Shown piece by piece: positions 1 to 12,929 of a DNA stretch of 64,000 nucleotides. Origin of the DNA: Octopus sinensis (taxonomy: Eukaryota). Position 1 is the stretch's first letter. Each line of letters begins with the position of its first letter. The position numbers and the translations under genes were made by a program. The stretch is taken from NCBI RefSeq assembly GCF_006345805.1, contig NC_043011.1, positions 20,720,464-20,784,463 of the forward strand, in the 5' to 3' direction. Below the pieces are notes generated by a model. The model searched no databases. It saw nothing but the letters and a program-made list of their open reading frames with translations, and was not told where the DNA came from.

Positions 1-268
1 AAAATGATAAAACAAACATTTTTTCCCCATCTTATTCTTAGTTTTGTTTCATTTTGAAAAACAAAAGAAAATCATTTTATGGCTTATTATTGTTTAAATT
101 TTGAATTACATATATATTGTGGTACCAAAATCTTTTAAGCGCTTAGGGCCTTAATAGGTCTTAATCTGGCCCTGGAGAAGTGACAGTGTCTGCCACATAT
201 AGAGGTTTCTCCAAGACTGGTGATATTAACGGAGTAGAAGTTATGTTCAACTATGATATCTCCAGGTT

Positions 269-269
<1 letters not shown>

Positions 270-299
<30 letters not shown>

Positions 300-430
300 G
301 TTTAACATCCGCTTTCCATGCTAGCATGGGTTGGATGAATGACTGAGGGCTGGTGAACCAGATGGCTGCACCAGGCTTCAATCTTGATCTGGCAGAGTTT
401 CTACAGCTGGATGCCCTTCCTAACGCCAGG
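270..430 (-). mobile_element. RTE 3'-end fragment; similar pieces at ~3969-4230, 14865-15070, 17400-17930(+), 22666-22880, 23907-24085, 51245-51455
   Basis: (CAT)n + gtttaacrtccgctttccatgctagcatgggttgga matches the 3' UTR of the RTE at 41688-43077. Confidence 0.8.
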
Positions 431-1998
431 AAAAGCGTCTGCTGGAAGAGAATTATTCCAGAGGAAAGATCGAGTTATTTGAATAACTGATATGAAGAAT
501 TATCATTATTATACTCTGACATATTTGCAGGTGTGGCTGTATGGTTAAGAGACTTGCTTCCCAACCATGTGGTCTTGAGTTCAGTCCCATTGCATGGCAC
601 TTTGGCCATGTTTTTTTACAATAGCTTCAGGCCAACCAAAGCCTTGTGAGTGGATCTAGTAGAGAGAAACTGACAGAAACTTATTGTATGTGCATGTGTG
701 TGTGTGTGTCTATGTTTGTAATTGATCTCCACCACCACTTGACAACCAGTGTTGGTCTATTTACATCCATGTAACTTAGGAGGTTGGCAAAAGAGAATAA
801 TAATTGAATAAGTACCAAGGTTAATTATAAGTACTGGGGGTGATTTGTCCAGCTAAGCACTTGAAGGCAGTGCCCCAGCATGGCCAAAGATTAAAACAAA
901 TAAAAGGTAAAAGATAAAATAAACATTAATTAAATATTAAGCGAAGTAATTTAGCATATAGGTGTGAAATCAACACCTGGATCGGTCAAACACACACATA
1001 TTCTAATTCAAGCTACAGCATGGGAGAATAACTAATAGAAGACAATTTTTGGCATTGTGAGTGGAATGAGGACAATTATCCCTATAGATTTAAAAATCGA
1101 TCCAGTTTGAAATTCCTAGAACAATACTGAAAACTTGAAATCACCTGAAGAAAGCGTTGGAGCACAATGGTCAAATATTGGTTCCAAATTTTGGCACAAG
1201 GCCAGCAATTTGTGGGGAGAGGTGTAAACCATTTATATCGACCCTAATGCTCAACTGGTACTTATTTTATCAACCCTGAAAGGATGAAAGACAAAGTCGA
1301 TCTTGGTGGAATTTGAACTCAGAATGTAAAGACAGATGAAATACTACAAAGCATTTTGCCTGGCATGCTAACAATTCTGCCAAGTTTACTGCCTTACAAT
1401 GGTCAAAATATTAGGGCTATAACAACTAAGACAAGAACACGAGTTTGAATATGACAGTGTATAACAACAGCTGAATTGTTGATTGCTAAGTCTGGAAGGT
1501 GAGGCTCATGAAAAGTAGAGGTTGAAAGGGGTATGCTGCTAACAAGTGTAGAGAAGCAGATGCCATTGTTGTACCAAAAGAAGGGGGGGAAAAAAGAAGA
1601 AATAGAGCATCTGTGAGCTAGTGGTTGTGGTGTATTGTGCTAATGACTGAATCTATGTTAATTAGGTTGAATGGCTTTCTTTTGGATGCAATCCAGGATA
1701 TGTGTATATGCAGCTGCTGTGATGTCCGGGTGCACCAATTTGAACAATTTCCTTTATGGAATCATTTATTCTTGTCCAGCAAGAATTTAATATGTGCTAA
1801 TGAGAATATATAATCAAGCTGATTCTTTCAGGCTGCACCTTCGTTGATATTTAGAGGTGTTTCGCAAACTATTCTCTTACAAATTTGAATGTCATGTGCA
1901 ACAGAAAAATTATTATTGTATGCATTATTTTCAGATATTAATCTGATATTTATAGGATGCTATATAAACTACATTTATTGTGGTGTCTCTCTGTCAAA

Positions 1999-2414
1999 TC
2001 TATTATATAAAATCCGTTCTGTCTGTCTGTGTGTGTGTCTTCTAGGATCTCGGGCATCCGCCATCCAATTACAATCAAATTTGATATGTAGATACCGACG
2101 GTATCAGGGCATGTATAAGTCTTGAAAAAATTACAAAAATCGATTCCAGGTGAGAATGCAATCGATAAAACCGTGGGAACGTGCATTTGTACGTGCAAGT
2201 ACATCAGCTGTTGCGATCGAATAAAATCGTTTTTCTTTGGAATAAAAAAAAGCCTATCTTTATTCCTTCTTTTGCTGATGTCTCAAATTTAGGTTAAATC
2301 AGTGTTTCTCAAAGGGGAGGCCTATGGGACGGAGAGACAAGTTGTTTCAAGAAAATTTGGTTTAAATGTTTGACAACCCAGCATGATCCATTGGAGGGGG
2401 GTGCATTTTGCTCG
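1999..2414 (+). mobile_element. Non-autonomous Helitron-like element
   Basis: 5' TCTATTATATAAAA followed by (CTGT)/(GT)n; 3' end ...gctcg-t resembling CTRR. Confidence 0.5.
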
Positions 2415-3107
2415 TGTATGTATATTTATAAACACATGCATTCATTCATGCACATGTGTATGTATATAAACATGTATGTATATATCTATATATATAAGAA
2501 GTAGATGAGGATTCCAGTAGAATCAGGTACTTTAAAAGGTATGCACCAGGTAGGGTTGGGCAATGTCTGTGGTTCCAGCCTATGGTTGTTTGTTCCTTCT
2601 CGAGCCATGCGTGGCTCATAAGGGCCGGTTTCCTGGTTTCTTGGCATATAGGTTCCCCACCTGGACGGGACACCGGTCCATTGCAAGTGAGCTGCAAGGT
2701 GCAGGAGGAAAGAGTGAGAGAAAGTTGTGGTGAAAGAGTCAGCAGAAGTTCGCCATTACCTTCTGCCGGAGCTGTATGGAGCTTAGGTGTTTCGCTCATA
2801 AACACACACATCACCCGGTCTGAGATTCAAACTCACAATCCCTCGACCGCGTTCCGCTGCTCTAACCACTAGGCCATGTGCCTCTACACAGCCTATGGTT
2901 GGTGAGAGTCGAAATATCAGATAGGATATTTTGGTTATGTACACAGAGAAAACAAACCCTACAGGTATTTAGGGTCTAAGGGGCTGGTCCAAATTACACG
3001 TAACTTTGAGTAGTAATTGTTGGTATACTCTAGGGTGTCTGATGAGTTGTAAATCCTTTGGTGTATTGTAATCAAATGAATAATAACAAATGATTGATAA
3101 ATGTCAG

Positions 3108-3192
3108 CTCATTACAGTTGTTTCTTACGCAACTTTTAACAGAAGAATGAGAACATTACATCATTATAAAAGACCAAAAATCATCAGATGGG
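3108..3192 (-). ncRNA. Type I hammerhead ribozyme motif
   Basis: cccat-CTGATGA-(stem II with ctttta/taaaag)-GAAAC-AACT-GTA-atgag; stems partly eroded. Confidence 0.6.
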
Positions 3193-4536
3193 AAATAATT
3201 TTATGAAATAAAAGAATATCCAAGAATCTGTTGAGGCCAGCTATGAATGGGAGAATGAGCAACTATGTTGGCAGCTTAGGTTAAGAATGTAGTTCTTTAA
3301 AGTGTGTTATTTGATATCTAAGGTCAGTGATTTGGGTGAGAAGGAATCTGCTAGACTAGATCATGGGTAGACTGGAGAGGGTTGTAGGAGAAAATTTATT
3401 ATGGTAAGCTATGAGTTGTGGTAAGTAAGGAGGGGTCATAAAACAATTAAGGATAAGGGAAAAAAGAGAAGATCAATCAAAAAATAAAAATAAAATAAAA
3501 ATAAAGGCATGGGAGCCAATCAGGTATAGGGTTGGAGTATGAGAATCTCTTGCTAATGGTAAATGACCAGGGGTGGAGGATAGAGAAACAAAGAAATTTA
3601 GGGGTATTCAATGGATATTGGTTGGAAGTGGAGAGGGGGTGAGTACAGAGGCCATCAAGTAATAAGATTGAACTTATGGAATTAAAGCTATAGTAGAGTG
3701 CTACTCTATCAATAAGGAGTTTAAAAATTAAAATTTTAAAATTTTAAATTTAAAGCAGGATGGGGTTATGTAATGAAATACACCTAGTAAGGGGTTAGAG
3801 GAAATAGCAGATCGGAATCAGGAAAGCCAACAATAAGGAGTAGTCTAATGATTAACTATGGAATGTTAAATGGGCAGCAATGATATCAAAATTGGATGGT
3901 ATAATCATTTTTGTGGGAATCAGGTGAAGCAACTCAAGACAATAGTTGTGAGTATGAGGTTTGGATAGTCATCATCATCATCATCATCATCGTTTAACGT
4001 CCGCTTTCCATGCTAGCATGGGTTGGACGGTTCAACTGGGGTCTGGGAAGCCCGAAGGCTACACAAGGCCAGTCAGATCTGGCAGTGTTTCTACAGCTGG
4101 ATGCCTTTCCTAACGCCAACCACTCCGTGAGTGTAGTGGGTGCTTTTTATGTGCCACCGACACAGGTGCCAGACGAGGCTGGCGAACGGCCACGCACACA
4201 TGGTGCTTTTTACGTACCACTGGCACTGCCCACTAGGGGCTAAACATAGAGGGAACAAACAATGACAGACAAAGGGATAAAGTCGATTACATCAACACCA
4301 GTGTGTAACTGGTGCTTAATTTATCGACCCCGAAAGGATGAAAGGCAAAGTCGACCTCGGCGGAATTTGAACTCAGAACGTAACGACAGATGAAATACTA
4401 CTAAGCATTTCGCCCAGCGTGCTAACGGTTCTACCAGCTCGCTGCCTTAGTGTGTTCTATCTAAGATAGTGTGTTCTATCTAAGATAGTGTGTTCTATCT
4501 AACAAGCACTGCTCAGAACTGCATGTTGGTGTAAGG

Positions 4537-4754
4537 CAGTGCTTTTCAACCTTTTTGCTGGAGAGGAACCCCAAGGAAACATTCCACTGGCTCGAGGAAC
4601 CCTATGCAATAATTTAATAGTCTTCTGCACACATATCTGCACAGGAGAATTAAAAATTACTGCCAATTTTAGCAGTTTTGTAACTCCTTGCGGAACCCCT
4701 GGACTGTACTGGCGGAACCCTAAGGTTCCACGGAACCCTGGTTGAAAACCACTG
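4537..4754. mobile_element. hAT (Charlie-like) MITE
   Basis: TIRs cagtgcttttcaacc / ggttgaaaaccactg; perfect 8-bp TSD GTGTAAGG (4529-4536, 4755-4762). Confidence 0.9.
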
Positions 4755-5562
4755 GTGTAAGGAATACTCAAGTAGTAAAAATGTAAAGGAACCGTTTTGG
4801 GTGTGCAGGCGGCTAATAGAAGCATAACTGTCATTGCTATTGCATAATATCAGGTACATCACAGACAGAATGGTTAGTTCCTTCAAAATAGCATGCTAAG
4901 CAAGTATAGTAAAAGCAAAGAGGTTATTGGTAAAGGGAAAAATGAAAGGCCATCAACCAGTTAATGTCAAAATTAGTAGGTTCTATGCATTAGACTTATT
5001 TTATGGTATCAGTCAGCTGCTGTTATCAAAAAACTGATCTGTCATAAAGTGATCAGAATATACTGTTTTCACTGCCATGATAAGATAATGATGATAGTCT
5101 GTCATAGTCTGAGAAATGCAATTCTGCAATATCTTGCTGAACCATTTGCACAAATAATTTGTTCATAGTTTACCTCACTCCCCCTATGAAATTGATAGTG
5201 TGCCATACATCAGGTGTTGAAGCAGCTAGAGATGTAATGTAGTGCTCATAAACACAACTCACCAACCAGTCCAGGAATTGAAACAATAATCTCGTGTTTG
5301 TGTGTGAGCAGCACCCTAACCACTAGGCCATGAGTCACTGTGCTGCATGGAGATGTGTGTGTGTATGTGTGATATAGATATGATGATGATATATATACAT
5401 AGATATACATAAATAAACAACAGATGGAAATTGGTTCCTTCACTACCACTGTTTCTAATGAGTTTTTATATTCTTGTCGAAATGGAATATGTGTAGAAGT
5501 ACTATATGTATAAAGTGTGTAGGAGTATTATATATAAATAAATAACTGATGGAAATTGGTTC

Positions 5563-5649
5563 ATTCACTACAGCTGTTTCAAACAAGTTTTTTATTGATG
5601 TAATAGTGTTATTACATCATGCAAAAAAAAACATTTTCTTCAGGTGAAT
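5563..5649 (-). ncRNA. Type I hammerhead ribozyme motif, complete core
   Basis: attcac-CTGAAGA-(long stem II)-GAAAC-AGCT-GTA-gtgaat; 6-bp perfect stem I, palindromic stem III loop, GUA triplet. Confidence 0.8.
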
Positions 5650-5834
5650 ATACATGAATTCAATATCTTAAAAAAACATTCCAAGAAACAACATTATGTG
5701 GCACTTTGTGATTTCTGGCTCGCTTCAGGCAAAGAAGGATTCACTTACCCTAGGTATTAGTTTAAACAGGAAAAAACATTAGGGTAACAGGAATGGGGAG
5801 GGATGCAGGTTAGAAGTTGTAGTAGGAGTGTGTG

Positions 5835-5907
<73 letters not shown>

Positions 5908-5929
5908 TGTATGTATGTATGTATGTGTA

Positions 5930-7970
5930 TATAGTTGAAATTTACAGAAAAAAAAAAGGCGAAGACAGGTGTATAAACAACAAGCAGGTGTATTCATTTG
6001 ACACTCGGGAAAGTGAGAAAGTCTTTTACGTTTCAAGCCTACACTCTTCAACAGAAAGGAACACAAGAAAATAAAGAGAGATAGAATAAAAAAAACTTTT
6101 GGAGTTAGCGATCAATCATGGCAACTGGCTGGACAAAGGTAGTTACACAAAAGAGCGAGGAAGAAGAGGAGATAATAAAGTATTGGTGTTCCCAAAACGA
6201 AGGTGCGTGTGCGTGTGTGTATGTGAGAGTGTGTAAGTGTGTGTGTGTGGATAGGGGCTGGTGACTTTGATGTGTGGAGGTGTGCTGGGTAAAGTGTGTG
6301 TGTCTTTTATGTGTGGATGTGTGGATGACAGTGTGGGTGATGGGAAGTGGTCAGTGGTAGTGTGTGTGGGGTACTGGTGTGGTCTGGTGTCGCAGTGTTG
6401 GAGTGTGAGGGTGGGGTGTGGGTTTGGAGTGAGGATGTGGGGATGCATGGAGGGTATCAATGAAGGGAGAAGGTGGATAGGAGTGAAGAGAGGAAGTAGG
6501 TGTCAGGGCAAGTGAGGAGAGGAGAGGTGGGTAGGAGTGAAGAGGGGAAGTACGTGTCAGATGAAGAGAGGAGAGGAGGTGAGTCAGATGAAGATGGGAG
6601 GGGAGTTGAACCCAAAGGCGCGAAGAGGGAAGATTAATTCCTGTTCACGGTGAATCCAAACACAGACAGGTGTTGTAATGAATAACCAGTAGAGTGGAAA
6701 TGGCATGAGACAGGTGTCCTTGCTGAGTCTAATGTCTCGGAGGTGCTCCACAAACCGGTCAGCCAAGCAGCGTCCCATTTGACCAATGTACAGAGAAGGG
6801 CAGAAAGAGCAGGTGATGCAGTAAATGACATTGCCAGAAGTGCAGGTAAAGGAGTCAGTGATATGATAGGGATGATAATGGGTGCCTTTAAGGATGGTGG
6901 TGTTGGAGAGGTAGGGGCAAGTGCGGCAGCATGGGAGGAAGCAGGGGAATGAGCCAAGTTGGGAGGTGGCAGTAGGAAAGAAACTGTGGAACAGGAGATC
7001 ACATAGGTTGTGGGCTCATTTGAAGGAGGGAAGGGGTAGGTTGGAGAAGATGTATGAAGTGGAGGGGGTCAGACTGGAGTTGCTGAAAGGCTCAGAGATT
7101 GGTGCATTGGTGGAGCAGGGGTGAGGGGAAACAGGAGATGGGTAATGGCAGGGTGGGTGCAGTGAGAGAGAGCAGAGGTATGGTCCATGGAACATGCTCT
7201 AGTAAGGGCGGTATGGATAGTGGTGAGGGAATATCCATGAAGGATGAAATTGCAAGCCATGAGTTGAGACTGAGTCTCAAAGTCATAGTTGTCACTGCAA
7301 ATCCTGTGCAGACGGAGGAATTGGGAGTAGGGGATGGAGAGCATGGTGTGGATTGAGGCATGAGTGTGAGTCTGTGTGTTTGTAGTGGATGGAAGTAGTG
7401 AGAGTGGAGTTGTGCATGCCGACTGAAATGTCGAGAAAGGTAACAAAAGTGTTGGAAATGATGCAGGAAAATTTGAGGGATGGATGGAAGGATTGGACAA
7501 AAGAGAAGAAGTCTAGTTGTTCATGGGAGAGTGAAGTCACACTGATACAGTCATCAATATAACAACCATATAGTTCAGGAGAGGAACAAATGAATCTTGA
7601 AAATATTTGGGCCTCAACGTAGCCAACGAACAGGTTTGCATAGTTGGGGCCCATTCTCATTCCCATGGCCACTCCCAAGAATTGTTGGCAAAACTCCCCT
7701 GTGAATGAGAAGCAGTTGAGGGAGACGAAAAAGTGTGGACATATCAGGTTGGGGGTTAGGTCGAAGGCCTAGAAAGTGTTTAAGGGCTAGAAATCCTTTG
7801 TGGTGTGGGATCACCATATATAGACTCTTGATATCAAGAGTGAAGAGAAGTTAAGAGGGACCAGGAGTTGAAAAGACAAAGAGCATGGTTAGTGTTGTGG
7901 ATGGGAAGCCACTAGGGGAGCAAGGACACAGTCAAGGTATTTTGAGACCAGTTCCATGGGGCAGTTAATA
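5930..7970 (-). mobile_element. Decayed Penelope-like element related to the 33-35 kb copy
   Basis: Frameshifted ORF pieces VIPHHKG, GVAMGMRMGPNYANLF, YGCYIDD, SIPYSQFLRLHRICSD, GRCLADRFVEH; pLTR with HHR motif at 6022-6059; ends at (TATG)n/(TA)n. Confidence 0.9.
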
Positions 7971-10565
7971 AATTTCAAGGTAGTAAAATATTATTTAGAA
8001 ATTTTTTTTTTTACCACCATGGCCTAGAGTGTAGAAAAACTAGTCAATAGACTATATATTATTCATTATATATACAGTGTACATTTAAACACATGAGAGA
8101 TGGCGATAATCAGACATCTAATTGTGGTTTGGGATTTTAACTACTCCTTCTAGCGGTTTAGATGTCCGATTATGGTCACATCTTATGTGTTTAAATGTAC
8201 ACTGTATATATAAATTAACAGCAACGCCATGGGTTGGAATATTCAGTTAAATTATCTTACAATTAACCAACTTCTTCATGGAGTGTGTGTGTGTGTATTT
8301 ATTCTCGGAAATAGAAGATATGAATTTATAGAATTGTATAATCGTTCCAGCTTTAATGATCTCAAAAAGCGAGGTAATGTAAATTGTAAATGAATACGAA
8401 TGCTCTTCTGTAATTCATGAGTTGTCTATCTTCAAATAGAAAGTATAAGTTTTCTCCCTTGAAAAATATGCTTGCTTATTAGATTAACGTTTACTTTTTT
8501 ACTGGTTTCAGTCATTTGACTGTGGCCATGCTGCAGCACAGCCTTTAGTCGAGCAAATCCACCCCAGGACTTATTCTTTGTAAGCCGAGTACTTATTCTA
8601 TCGGTCTCTTTTGCCGAACCGCTATGTTACGAGGACGTAAATACACCAACATCGGTTGTCAAGCGATGTTGGGGTGACAAACACAGACACACAAACATAC
8701 ACACATATATATACATATATACGACGGGCTTCTTTCAGTTTCTGTCTAGCAAATCCACTCACAAGGCTTTGGTCGGCCCGAGGCTATAGTAGAAGATACT
8801 TGCCCAAGGTGCCACACAGTGGGACTGAACCTGGAACCATGTGGTTGGTAAGCAAGCTACTTACCACACAGCCACTCCTACGCCTTCTCCATAATTTTTT
8901 TGCCTATGGCCACCTTTGACTTCTATTTTAATATCTACTGGATCCTCATACCCATTCAATGTTTAAAAAAAAATTCGGCGAAGTTTCGTTTGTTGTAGCA
9001 CACGTTTCCGTCGATTTCCGTAAAAAACTTTTATTTTTTTTACATATGGCTTTGCGGGAATATTTGAAGTAATGAGAGCGAAAGAGACTAAGAGGAAGCG
9101 ATTTTATGACGAGGGAATTTCTTTTTGAAGTCCCCGTGTGTGTGTTTGATGGGGTGTGGGAGACAGACAGTATGTTGTGTAAGTGAAGTGCTTCTGTTAG
9201 TGTGTGCGAAGAGACAGAGAGAGTAATGTGTGAAAGAGAGAGATAACTGAAATATTTTACTCGGTGTATGTGTATATGTATGTGTGTGTGTGTATGTATC
9301 TTTTTTTTTGCTGAACTGCTACATTATGGGAACATAAACACACCACCACTGGTTTTCAAGCAGTGGTGAGGGACAAACACTAACACAAAGACACACACAC
9401 ACACATATATACATGACAGGCTTCTTTCAGTTTCTGTCTACCAAATCCACTGCCAAGGCTATAATAGCAGACATTTGTCTAAGGTGCCATTCAGTGGAAC
9501 TGAACCTGGACTCACAAAAGTTGTTAAGTGCAAGACTATTTTATGAAAAAACTCCATTTGTTTACTTAAGGCAAAGTAATATGTTTAACAAAATGAAGGA
9601 GCAAATTAAATAGTTATAACCTCAGGAAATTTGCAGTAGAATGAATATATATATAACTTGACCCAGAGGGTTATCAATAAATGGAGTGCAAGGCAGAAAA
9701 GCAGAGTATTTAATTCAATATTAAATTTAATTCCTCTGTGTTCTGAGTCCAAATTCCAGAGAGTTTTGCTTTAAATTTTATAATTCCAGGGTTGAAACAA
9801 TAAAAGAAAAAAATCACCAATCATGTAACGTAAGTGAATCTGTTTGTTTCAATGACAAGCTATTCCAATCGATTAATCAATAGATTAGTCTACCCATTGA
9901 AATAGTATGTGCCCTTATTGTAACCCCTCGCTTTCAGAGTGATTACATAGCTGTTTCCAACAAGTTGAACAATAAGCTCTCTTTATAACTATACGTAGGA
10001 AGTTGTTTAGCCATAGGGCTGCTCGTCGAACAAACCTATGATCAGAGACATCCCAGTAGTGACCACCCCTTCTTCTTCTATGTGCAGAGAACCCAAGATC
10101 ATATTATCCACTGTGTCCTTCTCTAAGACGATGGAAGTATACATTAGAGGGAAATTTGCCTGTTATTACTAGCAAGTCAAATTACCACATAGGCAGCGAG
10201 CTGGCAGAAACGTTAGCACGCCGGGCGAAATGCTTAGCAGTATTTCGTCTGCAGTTACGTTCTGAGTTCAAATTCCGCCGAGGTTGACTTTGCCTTTCAT
10301 CCTTTCGGGGGCCGATAAATTAAGTACCAGTTACGCACTGGGGTCAATGTAATCGACTCAATCCCTTTGTCTGTCCTTGTTTGACCCCTCTATGTTTAGC
10401 CCCTTGTGAGCAATAAAGAAATAAGATTACCACATAGAGGTAATCTCTCACCGGCTCATTCCAAATACATGTTGGTGGTTTTAACGATAAAGAATAAAAT
10501 GTAAGACTATTAATAGAAGTGATTGCATTTTGTAATTCCAATATAATACTTCCAGATACAAACCA

Positions 10566-10989
10566 GGGATCTTTTCGGTTTGAACGGCAGTTTTTTCTAG
10601 CAGTGTCAAATGAAATTGTCACCCATAACTATGACCATAGTATTGATCTATTGCATTTCAATCTGTTTTAGGGTTAGGGTTAGGGGTGGGGGAAGGGCAT
10701 CTTTTTTTCTTCCCAAATGTAAATAAACCCAATCTGTTTCTTAAACGAGGGACATATTCATACGGCACAGAATGTTTTTTTACCTCAATGGACGTCATTG
10801 ATTGGTTGAAATTGCAGAAATTGAAGGAAAAAAAAAACAACAAATATCTTACAAACTATAGAATTTTCTCAATAAAGCCAAGAGAAAAAGATGTTTTATA
10901 AACATATTCTACCAGTATACGAAGTTTAAAAGCGTTTAGTTACGTGGAAATTATTTTTTAAAAACTGCCGTTCAAACCGAAAAGACCCC
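10566..10989. mobile_element. MITE with ~30-bp TIRs and internal (TTAGGG)3
   Basis: gggatcttttcggtttgaacggcagttttt / aaaaactgccgttcaaaccgaaaagacccc; superfamily not determined. Confidence 0.82.
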
Positions 10990-11094
10990 AAACTAGCTTA
11001 TCTTCTTAACATTAAAAGAGATAAAATCTACCGGAATATTTTATTAAGAGGTAAAGAAATAAACATTCCATGGACAGATTTTACGAATAAAATG

Positions 11095-11217
11095 CTGCCA
11101 AACGGGAAAAGACTTCCAGTCAGCTGACCAGTTTCAGTATCTTTCATTGGCTGAATCTTTCAACGGGATCTACTTCCTCTGCAGTTGCTAGAGCTTTCAT
11201 TATTTCCCGTTGTCAAC
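11095..11217 (+). promoter_or_regulatory. Putative COX7C core promoter / 5' UTR
   Basis: Locally CpG-richer; reverse CCAAT (ATTGG ~11146); ETS-like ACTTCC motifs (~11112, ~11172) and CTTCCG in the start of intron 1 (~11336); position relative to the ATG. Confidence 0.4.
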
Positions 11218-11313
11218 ATGCTTTCCAGAACTGCCCTCACGACTTTGGTCCGTCGTTTTTCGACAAGTCCTGTTGTACGCAGCGACATCCAGCAAAAGGG
11301 CATCCCTGGTGCC
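11218..11313 (+). CDS. COX7C: Cytochrome c oxidase subunit 7C, coding exon 1 (mitochondrial presequence)
   Basis: ATG at 11218 reads MLSRTALTTLVRRFSTSPVVRSDIQQKGIPGA, resembling human [25 protein letters not shown]; followed by a phase-0 GTAAGT donor at 11314. Confidence 0.93.
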
Positions 11314-12656
11314 GTAAGTATTACTTAACCAAACGCTTCCGTAAAGTGCCGAATCTGTTTTATATCGTCTCCATTCTTGTTAGTCTTTCCTTCCTTGTTT
11401 GACCCTCGCTCTATCTCCATTACCTCAAACATTTACGATTATAGCGAAATTTTTGTGTGTTTTTGGCTTTAAACGGAAATAATGTTTATTGTATTCCTTT
11501 AATTATGTGGAATAGTATATAATTGCAAAATATTTACTTCCTATAGTGTCGATTCTGTTATGTGTTACACTGTTTTGTTATGACCTTGGACGGATTCACC
11601 TTTGCTTTCTATGAAATACCGATCGCTCGACCCGTTAGAAATATCAGCCACGTTTTTCTGAAATTATAACTTACCCTTTTAAAAGAAAGGAATAGCACGT
11701 TGAACAGTGCAGTATTAAATATTAAAAAAAAAAAGAGTAAAACAAAAGACGAGTTGGTCGTGGTTGGAATGAATACCTTTTCATTTCTTTACCGTGTCAT
11801 AGAGATATGAAAACTCGTTGTCTTTGACTTGTTTATTTAAGGTAACTAAATTTCAACACAGATTGTAAATGTGTTGAAATATTTGGCGATCCAAATATTT
11901 TATTAACGTAGTCAAATTTGCATTTAATTGTCTGAAAATTGTATGATGCATTCAATTTATTCGTAAAAATCTTATTTTAGTTACTTCTTTCGTTTTGGGT
12001 TTTTTTTTTTTTGGAGGGGGTGGGTTCCAGTTTTTATATATTTATAATTTCGATATAGATTTTAAAATTCAAAATTCATTTTTGATATCGTTATTACAAG
12101 CTACGAAGTTGGCTCGCCCCTCTCAGATTAATTTTCAGTTAAAGCTCTGATCAATCTGGGACTGACCTGGGATTATTAAAGAACAACATTGAAACTTGGA
12201 ACTAAAATTTACAAAAATATCTTATCTAAAACTCTTTATTACCAGATAATTATTCATAGTCAATAACGGCAATAACACTTCTAGTTGATTCTTTCATCTG
12301 TCCTTCAGGAGGGCATGACTAATACAAGAAATTTAAATAGTTTCCAGAATCTGTATAAATACTGAACGATATGCTTGTCGATGTTCACTGTTGTTCTTAA
12401 ACAGTTAATTTTGCAGGAAAACCCCCAACATTTTGGCATGGCAAATGCTTTCACTTTCACGGGATTTTGGAAACGCCAAAAAAGCAACATATCTAATACT
12501 ATTTTGTTAACATTCTGATTTAAAGTTCCGCCTGTGTTAACTGTTTTATCATTCAACTTGGCAGGGTTGATAACATAGTATTAGATGTTATGTCGACTAC
12601 TACTTGACTCTAGATTTATTTATGACCTTGTTGCTACCTCTATTATAAATAATTAT

Positions 12657-12929
12657 GGCATTCCTTCGATATAACTCGACAAAATCAAAACATTTCACTT
12701 CGGGTATTTCCGTGGGTTGTGGAGTATAGATATAACGAAATTATGCCAGCACTGTCTCGTTTTAAACTTGAAGGAAAAAAGCCCTGCATATTTGTACTTA
12801 CCTGTTTCATGTTTGTATGTAAAATCCGCAAATTTCCAAGCAGAAAACAGAATCGAATTGTCATCTGCTTCCACGAAAATACCCGAAGTGAAATGTTTTG
12901 ATTTTGTCGAGTTATATCGAAAGAATTCC
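12657..12929. mobile_element. MITE in COX7C intron 1 (possibly Merlin-like)
   Basis: ~58-bp TIRs, GG...CC termini, 8-bp TSD ATAATTAT (12649-12656, 12930-12937). Confidence 0.8.

Noticed and set aside
10667-10686. Interstitial telomere or chromosome-fusion scar
   Set aside because: Only three units, and they lie inside a TIR element
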